From assembly GCA_002269645.1 (NCBI GenBank), contig NIVC01001938.1, positions 1 to 64,000 of the forward strand: 64,000 bases of DNA. The letters are read 5' to 3'. Below, one piece after another: positions 36,601 through 48,480 of the stretch (position 1 is its first letter; each line of letters starts with the position of its first letter). Below the pieces are notes generated by a model that did not search any database, was not told the DNA's origin, and saw only the letters and a program-made list of their open reading frames with translations. The position numbers and the translations under genes were made by a program. Source of the DNA: Macrostomum lignano (Eukaryota).

Positions 36601-39600
36601 CGCGCTTTGAACATACTGACGAAGACCCTGGGCCTGCAAGGATTCCAGGGACTACCGGACCGCGCGGTCCTTGTATCGCTGCTTCGCTGGAACGTTCCAC
36701 TGAAAGAGGTCAGTCCGGAGGTTGCCGAAAGGAACCAGCTGTACAAGCAGCGGTACAAAGAGCTGGAAGCCGAGCTGGATGGCATGCTGCGCGCCAGAGA
36801 GATGGGCGTGTTCCACCTGTCAGCTGAGATGCTGCGAACTGCCTCCATGCGTCTGTATCGCTCCTTCACGGCTGGTCATCGACTCTTACACCCGGAGGGT
36901 CAGCTCAACAACCAGGAGGCGCTCAATCAGCTCACCAGCGAGACTAAGAAAATTTTCCGAGAAGTTTGGCAGTACATGAAAGACAAAAGGCGCAGCTTCG
37001 TGTTCACCGTTGATCAAGTCTACCGGCGGGAGAAGCAAGATATTATTGATTGGTGCGTCGACCAGCCAATGTCTGAGGACGGCTCAACAGACGAAGCTGC
37101 AAAGAAGGAACGCATCACTCAACTGGTGCAGGACCTGGTGGTGCGTAGACTGCAGAGTCGCTTCGAGGAATTGCTGCGAGCGCCGCTGCAGGTGAGCGCG
37201 GAACTTCCACGAATGGTGAAGCAACCCTCACAAAATACATGCAAGTCAAGAATAGTCGCTTTATAGCGCTATACTGATGAAAGCACTTAAGTAGTGCAAG
37301 GTTGAACTAACATCAAAATGGTATTGCCAACAATGGAAGTATATCGTAATTCAGTTACGAGTGCTTATAATGTTCTGAGGCTATAACTGTCAACATTTCG
37401 CTAATTCGGCATTCTATATTAATATTCGGAAGCAGGTGACTGAGTTCGTGATCTAGGAGTACCTGGGCTTGGGAAAGTGACTTGACTCAGCTGCAGGGGG
37501 TTCCGAGCATACGGATACAGCGAGGGAGGCGTTGCCGCCTATTCCGTTAACCTCCGGCGAGCACCGGTAGCTCCTGTTGCGGTGTCGCGCAGGGAGATCA
37601 ATCCAGTGGCGCCGGTGTCCGCAGCGCGTTCCCCATCCGGAGAGTTCAGGAAGTGGATGGTCGCTCGCCCGGTAGCTCTTAGGCCTGAAAATCTCGGGCC
37701 TGAAAACGTTGGAGAGATCCAGGTTTGGGTCGAGGTAGGTGAGCCTGTGTCTTAAGTGAAGAAGTGAAGACGGGGCATTCACAGATGAAGTAGTGCTCCG
37801 CATTCTCAACACCGGAGAGGCAGAATGAACATTCTTCCCTATGGATTTTCCCTGGAGGTAGCGATGCCCTTGAGAAAGTGAAAACACCGATGAAGTTGAT
37901 GACTTCAATAATATTCTTACAATAAATTTTAAGTCAGTTTGAACTAAGATTCAAACAAAGAGCGATGGCATGCACTCTCAAAGCATGTACAACTTCTCGA
38001 ATTTCGAAAAACATCTATTTATTCCATCGGTGTCTCCTCAGTGAGAGTTTCAGATTCAACGTTTCAAACCAAAATACAACACAATTCAGGACATTCGTCA
38101 AACCCTGCTGGAGAAGCTTAGCGAACTTCAAGCCCGGATCTGCAGCCTGAGCTATTGCCAGCAAACAGCTCAGATGCTCGGACAATCGGTAGCCGACAAG
38201 GCTTCTCACGGCATCAGCCAGTTGGCCCAGCTCACCTTGAACGTACAGATTCGACGGCGACCCACTCGCCTGCTCAGCGTTGTTCGATTCTTTCGCGGCG
38301 CAGCGGACAAACTTGCCCGGCCGGCCGGCGGCAAGGAAGCCGCGCTGACTGGCCGAGAACTGATCCGGTCGCTGGCCGAGACCAGCTACGATTCTATTGA
38401 AGTCAACTGGATGACCCAGCGACTGTTTCACGAGGCTGAAGATCGACTGCGCCAGACGGAGGCCACGATAATGGGCATTGTGACCAGCCGGCTGCAGCAC
38501 AACAGCGGCCTGCAGAAACTGCTGGCCAGGTAAGCCGCAAACGGGCAGGTGATACAAGTACAGTTAATTGAATGAATAAAGGAAGTTTTACTTTTCTAGC
38601 AATTTGACCCCGTTGAAAACGTTACCGTGACAAGAATCGCTAAAGAACCATTGCAAACCAATCACTAGTGACTCTAGCGACTCTTGTAACTTTTTAACGA
38701 CTTAAACGACCGTAATTCAATGCAAAAGCAACGTGAATTATGGAACTGTAAAAGAATCGCGAAAAAGTCGTCCCAGAGTCGCTGTGTCAGCGCTTAACTT
38801 TCTACTAACTCAAGTAGACTGAATGGAGTTGTTATAAATGCAAAATGCGATTCTAATTCATCACGTGACGCAGCTGCGCTTTAGACGCAACTCAGTGATT
38901 CTACGGTGACTCTAGCACGCCTCAGATACGACTCTACGGCCCCATAGTCATTACAGAAGCGTCCCAGTGCCTTTCAGAGTAGCACACAATAAAGCGTCTC
39001 AAATTGACTCTTAGGCGACTCTTTGACGACTTTTTGGCGACTTGTACTGTGAAATCTCGTCGTTTTAGAGTCGTCTAGAGTCACTTATACTCAGCAACAG
39101 TCAAAAGTTCCACCCCACTAAGCGAGATGATTTTTTCACTTATTGCGAGTGACGCAACCTACGGCACGCGCAAAGCTTATTGCCGCTTCGGGGTGGCTTG
39201 GGTCTGCTTAATGGTCCAGGCCTGGACATTAAGCAGACCCAAGCCCAGGAACAACGCCCCGCCACACCAAGCCGATGCTGTTAGTCAACTGAAGGAACAG
39301 CTACAGCTGCGCACTCTGCGCTGGCCTTCCCGGTCCCCAGACATGAATCCCATCGAGCATGTCTGGGACTTCCTAAAACGTAGCATTCGAAAAGAGAATC
39401 CACCATAGAATGTTGCGGAGAGTTCTGCGTCATGCCATTGAAAACGCTTCGGAGCGGCTTCCCCAGGACTTTCTGCGCCGCCTCATCATTGGGATGCCCC
39501 GCAGAGTCGTCGCACTTCTGTGTGCGAGGGGATCCCACACGCATCGCGATTCTAACTGAATATTGCATTAAAAATTTATGATTTTACTACGAGTATTGAT

Positions 39601-42253
39601 AGTCAATCAACTTTCCCTTCCTCGCGGCGGCTTAGTTGTGTAACTTGAGGGTTGAATTGTCAGTGTGAAGTTTTCGCAATTTGGAGGGTGGAACTTTTGA
39701 CTGTTGCTGAGCATATTTCCTATTTTACCCCTGTTACCTGCAGCGACTCTGGGGCGACCCAAGTGACTCTGGGACGCTTCTTGGCCTGGGTACCGTTTTC
39801 ACCGGGGACTGACTTGGTTAGTGTAAAATTGGGTTGGGGTTAGGGTTTAGGATGAAGGAAAAATCGGAAAATTTTCAAACTGACAGTTAGGCCAGAAAAA
39901 TAGGATAAAAATATCTTTTCTGCTAGAAAATATGAGTATTAATCTTCAGATCCGCACCAGAGGCTCTCCGTCTGTGGCAGGACGCTCAGCTCTGCGTGGC
40001 AGCGGCAGACGGTCTGGTAAACGTTGCCAGACACGGACCTCTACGCCTGGAGACCGACTTGGAGCTGCTAAATTCCGAGGGTGCGAATGGTTGGCTTATT
40101 TTAATCTTTTTCTCCTTTCAACTTGTCTTCTGGGGCTATTCTCTTGCTTCAGTTGATACGTACAGCCACTGTGAAGTTATTAACCCTTCACTTTCCAGAG
40201 AATCGTTAGACTCGATGCTTAAATCCGTTATAGCAAGCATAGTAGCTTACCTATGTCGTGTCACCCGTTTCAGCCGAAGCCCCAATACAAGCTGGTTTGG
40301 GTCCGAGCTACAGGTTAGCTGCACCGTACGCTGGCTTCTCTGCTCACGAGCTGATTGCTACCGTCACCAGCCTGTGGGACTTCAACGACCAGTCCAACGG
40401 AGCAAAAAGCGACGAGGACGAGGCTACTCTGTCCCGCTGGCGCTCCAGCCTCGGTGGTCTGCTCAACCACCTGCTGTTGGTGAGTTCGACTCGAAGTGGA
40501 GCAGCCGCGGCGGCGACAGCGTCGGCAGGTTCGTCGGCCAGTCAGCATCGCGGTAGACACCTGGCGGTGACCAGACTGTTGACGTTCAGCGAGACCGGGC
40601 AGCTGTGCGCTCTGCACCTGCCTATCGGGGTGCCCATCTCACGGCTGTTGTCTAACTCGACAAGACTCACGGATGTTCAGGTGCGCTAAGACTTTGAGTA
40701 TCAGAGTGTGATTGAGTTGTAGTAAGTTAATTTACACTGCAGGCTATATTATACAAACTAAAGTAGTCGTCTTTACGGGTCTGCGAGAACTTGGGTCTAC
40801 GACTTGCGCGCCTGCCCTAAGTAGAGTTCCAGTTACAGCAACACAGGCGCAATCTACATGTACAAGGGGCTGTGACCGATGCCAGCTGATTAGGCTGAAA
40901 CAAGCTGCTTGTTTACCAACAACTATAAAAGTGCCTGTCGGGTGAACTTCTCGTGATCCCGTCTTTGTTAACACAGACCACATTTCAGGGTTTCTGGGTG
41001 TTTTTTAAGCATCTTTACAGTTATTTGCGTGTATAAAAAGCAAAGGCATTAAAAACATGTTTAAACAGCCTCATAAAACTCCAATCAAATCGGAACCGCC
41101 CAGACCTGCGAACTCATCGACGGCATGTGCGGCGCACTGGCCCAGCTGTCGGACTCTCTGCCGGCGTTTGCGTGTCGTTTCGACTTTTCCAAGCTGAAGG
41201 TGAGCTGTTGTAGCTTGTCAATTTTGAGTTTATCTTCGGTCATAATCAATAACACAGCGGTCCGAAGTGTCAAAAAACTTTATTTACATTACCGTGCCTT
41301 AATGTACAACTGACAATTTTTATTGTGAAATTCAAACATTGACGCTTCAAGTTTGCAATGTTCTGAGAAGCTTGTGGAGAAGCCCAATTTGAAATAATAA
41401 TTAAAATAGCTGATTACACCTTACACCTTCCCCAATTGGGCAAGATTTGCAACCGACAAGGCTGCGTACGGCTGTTCAGTCCAAGGACTGGGGGTCGCCA
41501 CACAGCCTCAATTACCCCAGCTAATGCTGGCACCCATTTTACAGCTGGGTGAACTGAAGCAATGCAGAGTTAAGTGTCTTGCTCAAAAACACACATTGTT
41601 CCAGTGGGATCAGGAATCAAACCCCTGACCTTTCAGTCGTGAGTCCGGTGCCCTAACCACTAGGCTTCAACCTCTACAACCCCTAAACGATAATGCAAAG
41701 TACACCAAAAAAACACGAACGTACAATGGTACCATTTACAGACTGGTTAAAGTTGTCTTGTACAATCGAAGCACATGTACATGTAGATTAGGTTTAATCT
41801 GTGTCCTTCTCTCCACATTCTCAGGTGCCAGTGCTGCCAGGCAATCGAGTGTCCGTAGTCTACAATCTTTTAGACGACCCCATCGATTTTGGCGGTACGC
41901 TGCCACCATCGTCAACCACGTCAACGGCGACTCTGTTGATACGAAACGGCAGTCACCATCAGCTACTGGACTGGGCCGTGGCGCTGCTATTGAAATCGAC
42001 AAGCTCGCTAGCAATTAGTAGTAATCGGACTCCTCAGGAGGTGGTGACGCCGGAAGAGCTGCAGAGTCTGTTAACTGCCAATATGACGGCCTCGGCTTCG
42101 ACGCGAGCAATTACGGAACGAAGAGAACGTCTCAAAGCCCTAGCCGCTGCTAGTGGGCGTACTCTGGCTATTAATGCTACTGCCTTGTACCAGAGAGCTC
42201 AGCAGGACGATCTTATTCAGGTGAAGCAGACGCTTTTTAACTTGATCGACTGA
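33677..42253 (+). CDS. DSTYK-like protein 1: dynamin-like G domain, helical region, degenerate kinase; exons ~33677-33815, 34098-34432, 35057-35187, 35355-35697, 36367-37191, 38054-38529, 39950-40080, 40274-40680, 41104-41199, 41825-42253
   Basis: P-loop VLMVCGAPTSGKSTLINSLMGRRVLP; LEIGVDCPLLQSGFSIMEVPE; LYVINKID. The C-terminal half is clearly paralogous to gene 2. All ten exons join in phase. Confidence 0.72.
34497..34990 (-). repeat. 15-bp minisatellite (AGCACCAGAGGCGCC)n, inverted relative of 20229-21232
   Basis: Plus strand (GGCGCCTCTGGTGCT)n, located in intron 2 of DSTYK-like gene 1. Confidence 0.97.
37587..37870 (+). repeat. Dispersed repeat, copy 1 (related to 48243-48480)
   Basis: Shared TGCGGTGTCGCGCAG...CCGCAGCGC...CGAGGTAGGTGAGCCTGT...CACAGATGAAG...GGTAGCGATG. 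Confidence 0.6.
38608..39807. mobile_element. Non-autonomous TIR element rich in GACTC/GAGTC motifs, interrupted by a Tc1 remnant
   Basis: Ends CCCCGTTGAAAACGTTACC and GGTACCGTTTTCACCGGGG are inverted repeats; TSD not resolved. Confidence 0.55.
39088..39713 (+). mobile_element. Internally deleted Tc1/mariner transposon
   Basis: TIRs CTCAGCAACAGTCAAAAGTTCCACCC / GGGTGGAACTTTTGACTGTTGCTGAG with TA on both sides; transposase remnant DNAPPH...WPSRSPDMNPIEHVWDFLKR. Confidence 0.9.
41410..41672 (-). mobile_element. tRNA-derived CORE-like SINE (copy 1)
   Basis: Reverse complement of the element at 43050 and 44372. Confidence 0.85.
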
Positions 42254-42365
42254 CTTACGACTAACCTTTAATATGAAGTAGTTTTACCGAGAGTAGGTAC
42301 GAAATAGATTGTGTTAGCGATGATCGAACGATAACTAAAGTACTCAGTTAGCTTACCCTTCTCAG

Positions 42366-45300
42366 GGATGAGCTTCCACCATACAATTCGACCTTACAGG
42401 AGCTGCGACTTCTCGTTCGTCGTGAATTGTCTGCCATCCGGACCGGCATCTCCACTGATCGAGCGGCCAAATCGGCGTCCACTTCGACAACGTCGGTTGC
42501 GACCAGTTCAACAGCTGCAGCCAAGCAAAGCCCGCTTGGCCGATGGGTCCGATTCGACAGACGCATGCGCTCAGTCAGAGAGCGAGCTCTGGCCTGGGCC
42601 TGCCAGCTGGACGACGCGTTGCCTGGTGTGGCCAGAGGCGATCAGAACCCGCTGCCGCCGCCTCCGCCGCCGCAGCAGCTGACGATGCAAAAGCCGGTAG
42701 GCATCGACGCTTCTCTACTGACAGGATCGCTGACTGGCTCGAGCACTTTGGCTAGTGCAGCATCCACTGATTCAGATGTAAGCGTTGAAGCCGTTTGCTC
42801 AATTCGTGCTACCAGGTTTTTCGTCAGAAATTTTGCTACCATTTTACCGAGTAAAAAATATTGAGCTAGCAACCGAAAATGATTGTCATAAATTCAAGAC
42901 GAAATCCGAGGTTTATGCCTAGAGTATCTCCTCGTTGTAGCGTAATATTAGCTCGTTTATATGATTGAATATTACCAAATAAAATCACGGAGAACGCAAA
43001 TAATGTCCCGGAAAAGCTTTATATCTATGATTAACTTTATATGTGATAAGGGGGTTGTAGCCAAGTGGTTAGAGCGTCGGAATTATGACTTAATGGTCGG
43101 GGGTTCGATTCCCGATCCCACTAAAAAATTTTGTGTCCTTGAGCAAGACACAATTAACTCTGCATTGCTTCAGTTCACCCAGCTGTAAAATGAGTGCCAA
43201 CATTAGCTGGGGTAATTGAGGGTATGTGTGGCCACCCCCCGTCCTTGGACTGAACAGCCGTACAATAGCTGCAGCTGAACTGTTGTCGGTTGCACATCTG
43301 TCCATTGGGGCAGGTGTAAATCAATTATTATTTATCATTATTCTAATGTGGCAAGACACTGACATAACGCCTTTGCCTAAACATTTCATTTGTTAGAAAC
43401 TCGGTTCAAACAGTAAGTAATTTGAGCACGAGTGTTCCTTAGTGGAGCATTTTTTCTTAGGTCTTGGAAGCTTTGGTGAGCATTTTTATCCAACGAGGAG
43501 TCTTCTCTTTATTGGTTTGTCATTTCTTTCAGTCGGCAGGTGGAGCCTCGCCCGTACTGGCAGTCACTGGCTGCTCCCGTCGCCTGCAGTTCGGCGTCAT
43601 CAATCGGCTGCTAAGACAGCGGACGCTGCCGCCAACCGACGAGGACGGCACCAGCAGGCGTCTTGGCGCAATCAAACTGCGCCACTCCGAGAGTCAGCGC
43701 CTCGACCTGAACAGGCGAGACCGGCCCTACTACCTACCGTTGAGAGCGGCGGCTGGGCCCGATGATAGCGACGAGGTCGACGTTGCCGAACAAGTCGATC
43801 GATTTGTCGACTCGCTTCCCGAAGACACGGCCACCGCTTGGACCAGCCTGACCTCCGACTGGCTCAGCGTCCAGATCGACAATCCCGTGCTGCGATCGGG
43901 CCTGACGCTGCTAGCGCCTCCGGAGCAGCTCGTCCGGCTGGGTCGCTACAAACTGTTGAAGTCGGCCGAACCGGTAGCGGTTCTCTGCGTGACTGAGGAG
44001 CCTCCGACTGTTAATGTGAGTGCAGGCTGTTTCGCTGTTCTGGGACCTAAATTTCACCATGTCTTGTTAATTACTGATACAGAGCAGCATAGTATTGCTT
44101 TCATAAAAATGTGTCACGCGGCGATTGTTAAAGTGTTAGTGTTAGAAACACCTTTAATATTTAAGTTTTTTATTGCTGTAGTTAAGCTCTCGCATAAATT
44201 TGCATAAAGACTGATTTCTGAGCTTTTAAGCTCGCGAGGTCCTTTGTGATGTTTCTAAGTATTCTAAGACACCACTAGCTACCAATAATCGATTTATAAA
44301 AGTATATAATGATAGCTGGAAAATATCATGTCGTCTAGATATCCATGTTTACATATAATATTTCCATCTAGAGGGTTGCAGCCTAGTGGTTAGAGCGTCG
44401 GACTCACGACTTGAAGGTCGGAGGTTCGATTCCTGATCCCACTCAGAAAAATGTATGTCCTTGAGCAAGACACTTAACTCTGTATTGCTTCAGTTCACTC
44501 AGCTGTAAAATGTTTGCCAGCATTAGCTGGGATAATTGTGGGTGTGTGTGGCGACCCCCAGTCCTTGGACTGAACAGCCTTCGGATGCGCCGCACAATAG
44601 CTGCGGCTGAGCTGTCAGTTGCACATCTGCCCATCAGGATAGGTGTAATTAATTTATTATTATCATTATTACAATCGATTTCAGCAAAAAAATTCCAAAA
44701 TAAAAATCCCCTTATCACAGGAGCTGCATCACCTGCTGTCTCTGCAAGTGAACTTGCCAAACGTACCCGTTCTGGCCGTCCACTGCAAACCGACCGTCGA
44801 TTCCATCAGCACAGAGCCTGGTACGGAGTCACCGCAACCGCTGCCCAGACCTCAACTGTCGGGTGCCGCATCGCCGGCGCCGAGGCTTCGACGAGCTCGG
44901 TACCGTCTGTCGCGCTTCTCAACCTCGGACGACTTCGACGAGGACACTGGCAGCAGCAGTTCGATTGTCAGCGAGACCCAGCTTCTACTGGACAAACGCT
45001 TAGATAGCCAGCAAATTCGCCGACTTGTCCTCCCGCTGTCCTGCGTTGTTGGCAGCGGCTTGTTCAACGAAGACGGCGGCGCTGCCACCGATTGCGTCGA
45101 CCCGATCAGCGGTGGCAGCTACGACGAGACCGTCGCTAGCGATTCTAGCCGGGACACGAGACTGGACGAGGCCGTTGTCGAACTATTAGCCGACGCTAAT
45201 AGATTTGAGTCGGATCAGAGCCTGCAGCGATTGCAGTCGGTTTCTCTGCGCTTGCTAGACTGCTTGGTGAGTAAACAGCGGTTGATTATCTACAGAAATT

Positions 45301-48135
45301 GCGTAAGCGTTGAATTTGCAGTCCAGACTCCAGTTTTCACAAGCTCCAAAAGTTTAAGACAATTTAAAATTTCGATATTATGAAGTTTCGAGCATTAAAA
45401 GTAACAGCCATTTTGATTTTTGACAGTAAAATATACACGTAATAAAACTTCAAGCTTGTGGAAATGATTAGCAATATTGTTTGAACTTCCGAGAGTATGC
45501 AGCATTGCTAGAAAAAAAGCTAGGAGGGACAAGGACTGGTTCTTCGATAAATTTCTCACTACGAGCGTACCATGGTAGTTTTCCTCGTAAGACTTCATAC
45601 GCATACCGGGAAATGATTTTTAAAATTACTTGCAATATCCGTCATCCCCTCATTCAGGTGCAGTCGAAAAACACCGAGTCGTTGGAGCTGCTGGCCACCA
45701 ATGCCGACCGACTAAAGACCCGCATTGCTGACGAATTCACAGATGCCAGAGCACGATTGGACTCGGAGAGGACTGACCTGCAGCGCCAATTGTCAGCTGA
45801 ATTGGCTACGATTCGGCCCCTGGTTCTGGACGATTGCGGCAGGGTACGACTAGACGATCATCATCATCAGCATCAGCAGCAGCAGCAGAACCAACAGCTG
45901 CACAAACGGCTGAATCAGGTAGGTTTTCTATGAGACCGATGTTGACGAAACTGAAGTAAAATCAGCCGCCTGGAAATTTAGCCTTGAGTAAAACTCCTAA
46001 CGGTAACTTGTCAGATATTGAAACGTTGCGGACATTCTATCAAGGTCCTTTTCTTTTGCTCCCAAGAGTTTCTATCGTCAACTCTGCCGAGAAGTTAATT
46101 GATTGCAGTCGGTGTGGTTTGAAGCTTAGCTGTAGGCTTCGTGCTTTAGTTGACGCATCCCCTTCATTTCCTTATACGCCCTCAAAATTCCAGACACTCA
46201 GCAATCCGATTCACGACGCGACTCTCCATCAGCGAGACACAGTTTGCAGAGCTCAAATCGAAGCCTGCGCTATCAGCACCTGCGCGGCCATCCTCAAACG
46301 AGCAGCCAGTGAGCTCGCTTCGTTGTACGAGAGTCGTCTAGCCGAGAGACTTTTGCCTGGCGACTTACCTGCAATGCTCTGCGGCCTGTCCAGTGAACGA
46401 GTGCAGCGAGTTTTGCAGCTTCACCTAGCTCGAGATGATTGGGATTCTACGCCGGTGCGATGGCAGGCTGCTAACCCGGGCGCAGACTCCTGCCTGCAGC
46501 TGAGCATTGGAAAGGTAACTACCGCAATCTGTACCTGTGATCTGTGAGCTCAAGAAACGAAATATTTAAAAAATACATTTCGCAGGACTGGAAGACGCTC
46601 ACCGCTGAGGAGACTCTCATGTCAATCGACATGGCGGGCAGCTCAAAACAGATACTGAAGGATCTCACCAGCCGACTTGAGGCTGCAGAGACAGCCGTTC
46701 TCAGTCTAGTCAACGACCGACTCCAGTATAGCCGACAGTTACAGAAACTTTTGGCCAAGTCCTCAACCGATGCCGCCCGTCTCTGGCAGGACGCTCAGCT
46801 CTGCGCAGCTGCAGCCGAGGCACTGTCGAGCGTTGCAAAGTTCGGCCCGCTGCGTCTGGCTGCGGACGGCGAAGGACTCGGCGAAAGTCGGCTGGGTCGG
46901 CGGTACCGGGTTGACGGGCTGTACGCAGGTTTGGCCGAACAGGACCAGCCCGTAGTTGCCACCGTCACCTGTCTGTGGGACTGCGGCGACGTTGCTGGCG
47001 CTGGCGGCGGTTCTGACGTTGACGAAGCCGCAATCGCTCGCTGGCGCAGTGGTCTTGGCGGCCTACTGAACCACCTGTTGCTGACCGGCGATGTCAGCCG
47101 TGGAAACTTGGCCGTGACGCGGCTTCTGACTTTCAACGACAAAGCTCAGCTGTGCGCGCTGCACGCTCAGCTAGGCAGACCGCTAGCTGACGTGCTCGGT
47201 GGCCCAGATCCTTTGACGGACGTTAGCGCCTGCGAAATTGTCGACGGCCTCTGCGGAGCGTTCGCGCAGCTGACCGAGTCCCTGCCTTCCTCGACGTGGA
47301 GTCTCGATCGCTCGAAGCTCAGCGTGAGATTTTTTAGTCAATTAGTTAGGTCGTCACTAGTCACATGTCAAGGCCCTGTGATGTGTATTGAAATCTAAAT
47401 AAGGAAGCGCCATTCCATATCCTGGGCCATTGTAAACGCACACCCATACAGATACACACACAGGTACGCATTTACACACGGAGACTTTATCATCGTCAGG
47501 AATCTACACGTTCTGTGCTTTGGGATTGATCCTCCTTTTTAAATGATCTGGGCTGGCCTGATATGGAATTGAACCGACACTTTGACGTAACAGTCAGAGG
47601 TCCTTGGTCTAGTTAGTTATGGGTAGCTAAGTCTTTGTTTTAAGACACACACCTTTCAGATATTAAAAAAAGATTTTGACTAACAATATAGGTCTGCGAA
47701 TGCGGCAGTAAAGTTCCGACCCGCAAGTTGCTACTATTTGACCTACTGCACGAGCCAGCAATCAACTTCAAAGCTATGATTGGCAAACCAAAGCGATCTA
47801 TGCTGAAGCATCAGGATGGAGGCGGTTCTCAATCTCAGCAGCATCACCTGATTCTACTGGACCTCAGTTTGTTAGTGCTGCTGTCGCCTGGAAACCCAGC
47901 AGAGTGCCGTCAGCTGCTGAACCTTGACGATCTCAAACTAAGACGATCTCGGATCAACAATCTTGCCAAAGTCGACACCAGCAAGCATGCTGTGGAGTCC
48001 AGCTTCTTATTGAAGCGTTTGATCAGTTTCTACCATGAGAAGCCGAACGAAGTCTGCGCTTCCATTGCCGCAGCCGTGAGGCGCGAGCTATCATATCGGC
48101 GTAACGGCGGTGGCGGCGGAACGTCAAAGGGCTGA
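42366..48135 (+). CDS. DSTYK-like protein 2: pseudo-GTPase, helical region, degenerate kinase; exons ~42366-42696, 43533-44015, 44721-45266, 45658-45918, 46194-46514, 46586-47323, 47728-48135; start unresolved
   Basis: PVLAVTGCSRRLQFGVINRLLRQRTLP, LSVQIDNPVLRSGLTLLAPP and DWKTLTAEETLMSIDMAGSSKQILKDLTSRL...EGLGESRLGRRYRV align by eye to DSTYK segments ([48 protein letters not shown]). Confidence 0.68.
43050..43340 (+). mobile_element. tRNA-derived CORE-like SINE (copy 2)
   Basis: A box TAGCCAAGTGG, B box GGTTCGATTCC, then GTGTCCTTGAGCAAGACAC...CACCCAGCTGTAAAATG and a TTA-rich tail. Confidence 0.88.
44372..44670 (+). mobile_element. tRNA-derived CORE-like SINE (copy 3)
   Basis: Same head, body and (TTA)n tail as 43050. 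Confidence 0.88.
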
Positions 48136-48242
48136 CTCGTGTTTTTTTATTACAGCCTCCAGCGTAAAACATACACTTAAGCTAGTATTGTTTTGCTCTT
48201 TTATTAATAACTGAAAATGTAAGTGTGAAGTTAAAAGGTAGT

Positions 48243-48480
48243 GCTGCGGTGTCGCGCAGGAAGACCTTCTAGTGTATCCGCAGCGCACCTTCCCGTAGAG
48301 TCCAGAAGGTGGATTTAGGATTTAGGTAGTGGACGAACTGACAGGAACGCTCTAGGTTGAAAATGTCGGAGTGGAATTCTGGTTAGGCCCGAGGTAGGTG
48401 AGCCTGTCCTAAAAAAGCCTGTCCAGTCACAGATGAAGATAGAGAGGCATAATTGATTTCACCTGAGGGTAGCGATGCTT
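48243..48480 (+). repeat. Dispersed repeat, copy 2 (related to 37587-37870)
   Basis: Shared sequence blocks as listed for copy 1. Confidence 0.6.

Noticed and set aside
42221-42366. Cis-spliced fusion of DSTYK-like genes 1 and 2 through the CAG/GTGAAG donor and the 42365 acceptor
   Set aside because: That junction gives GGA TGA, an immediate stop. Other junctions (for example the AG at 42351) cannot be excluded without cDNA.
43050-43125. tRNA gene (also 44372-44445)
   Set aside because: tRNA-like head continues into a shared SINE body and tail in three copies; treated as SINE, not functional tRNA.
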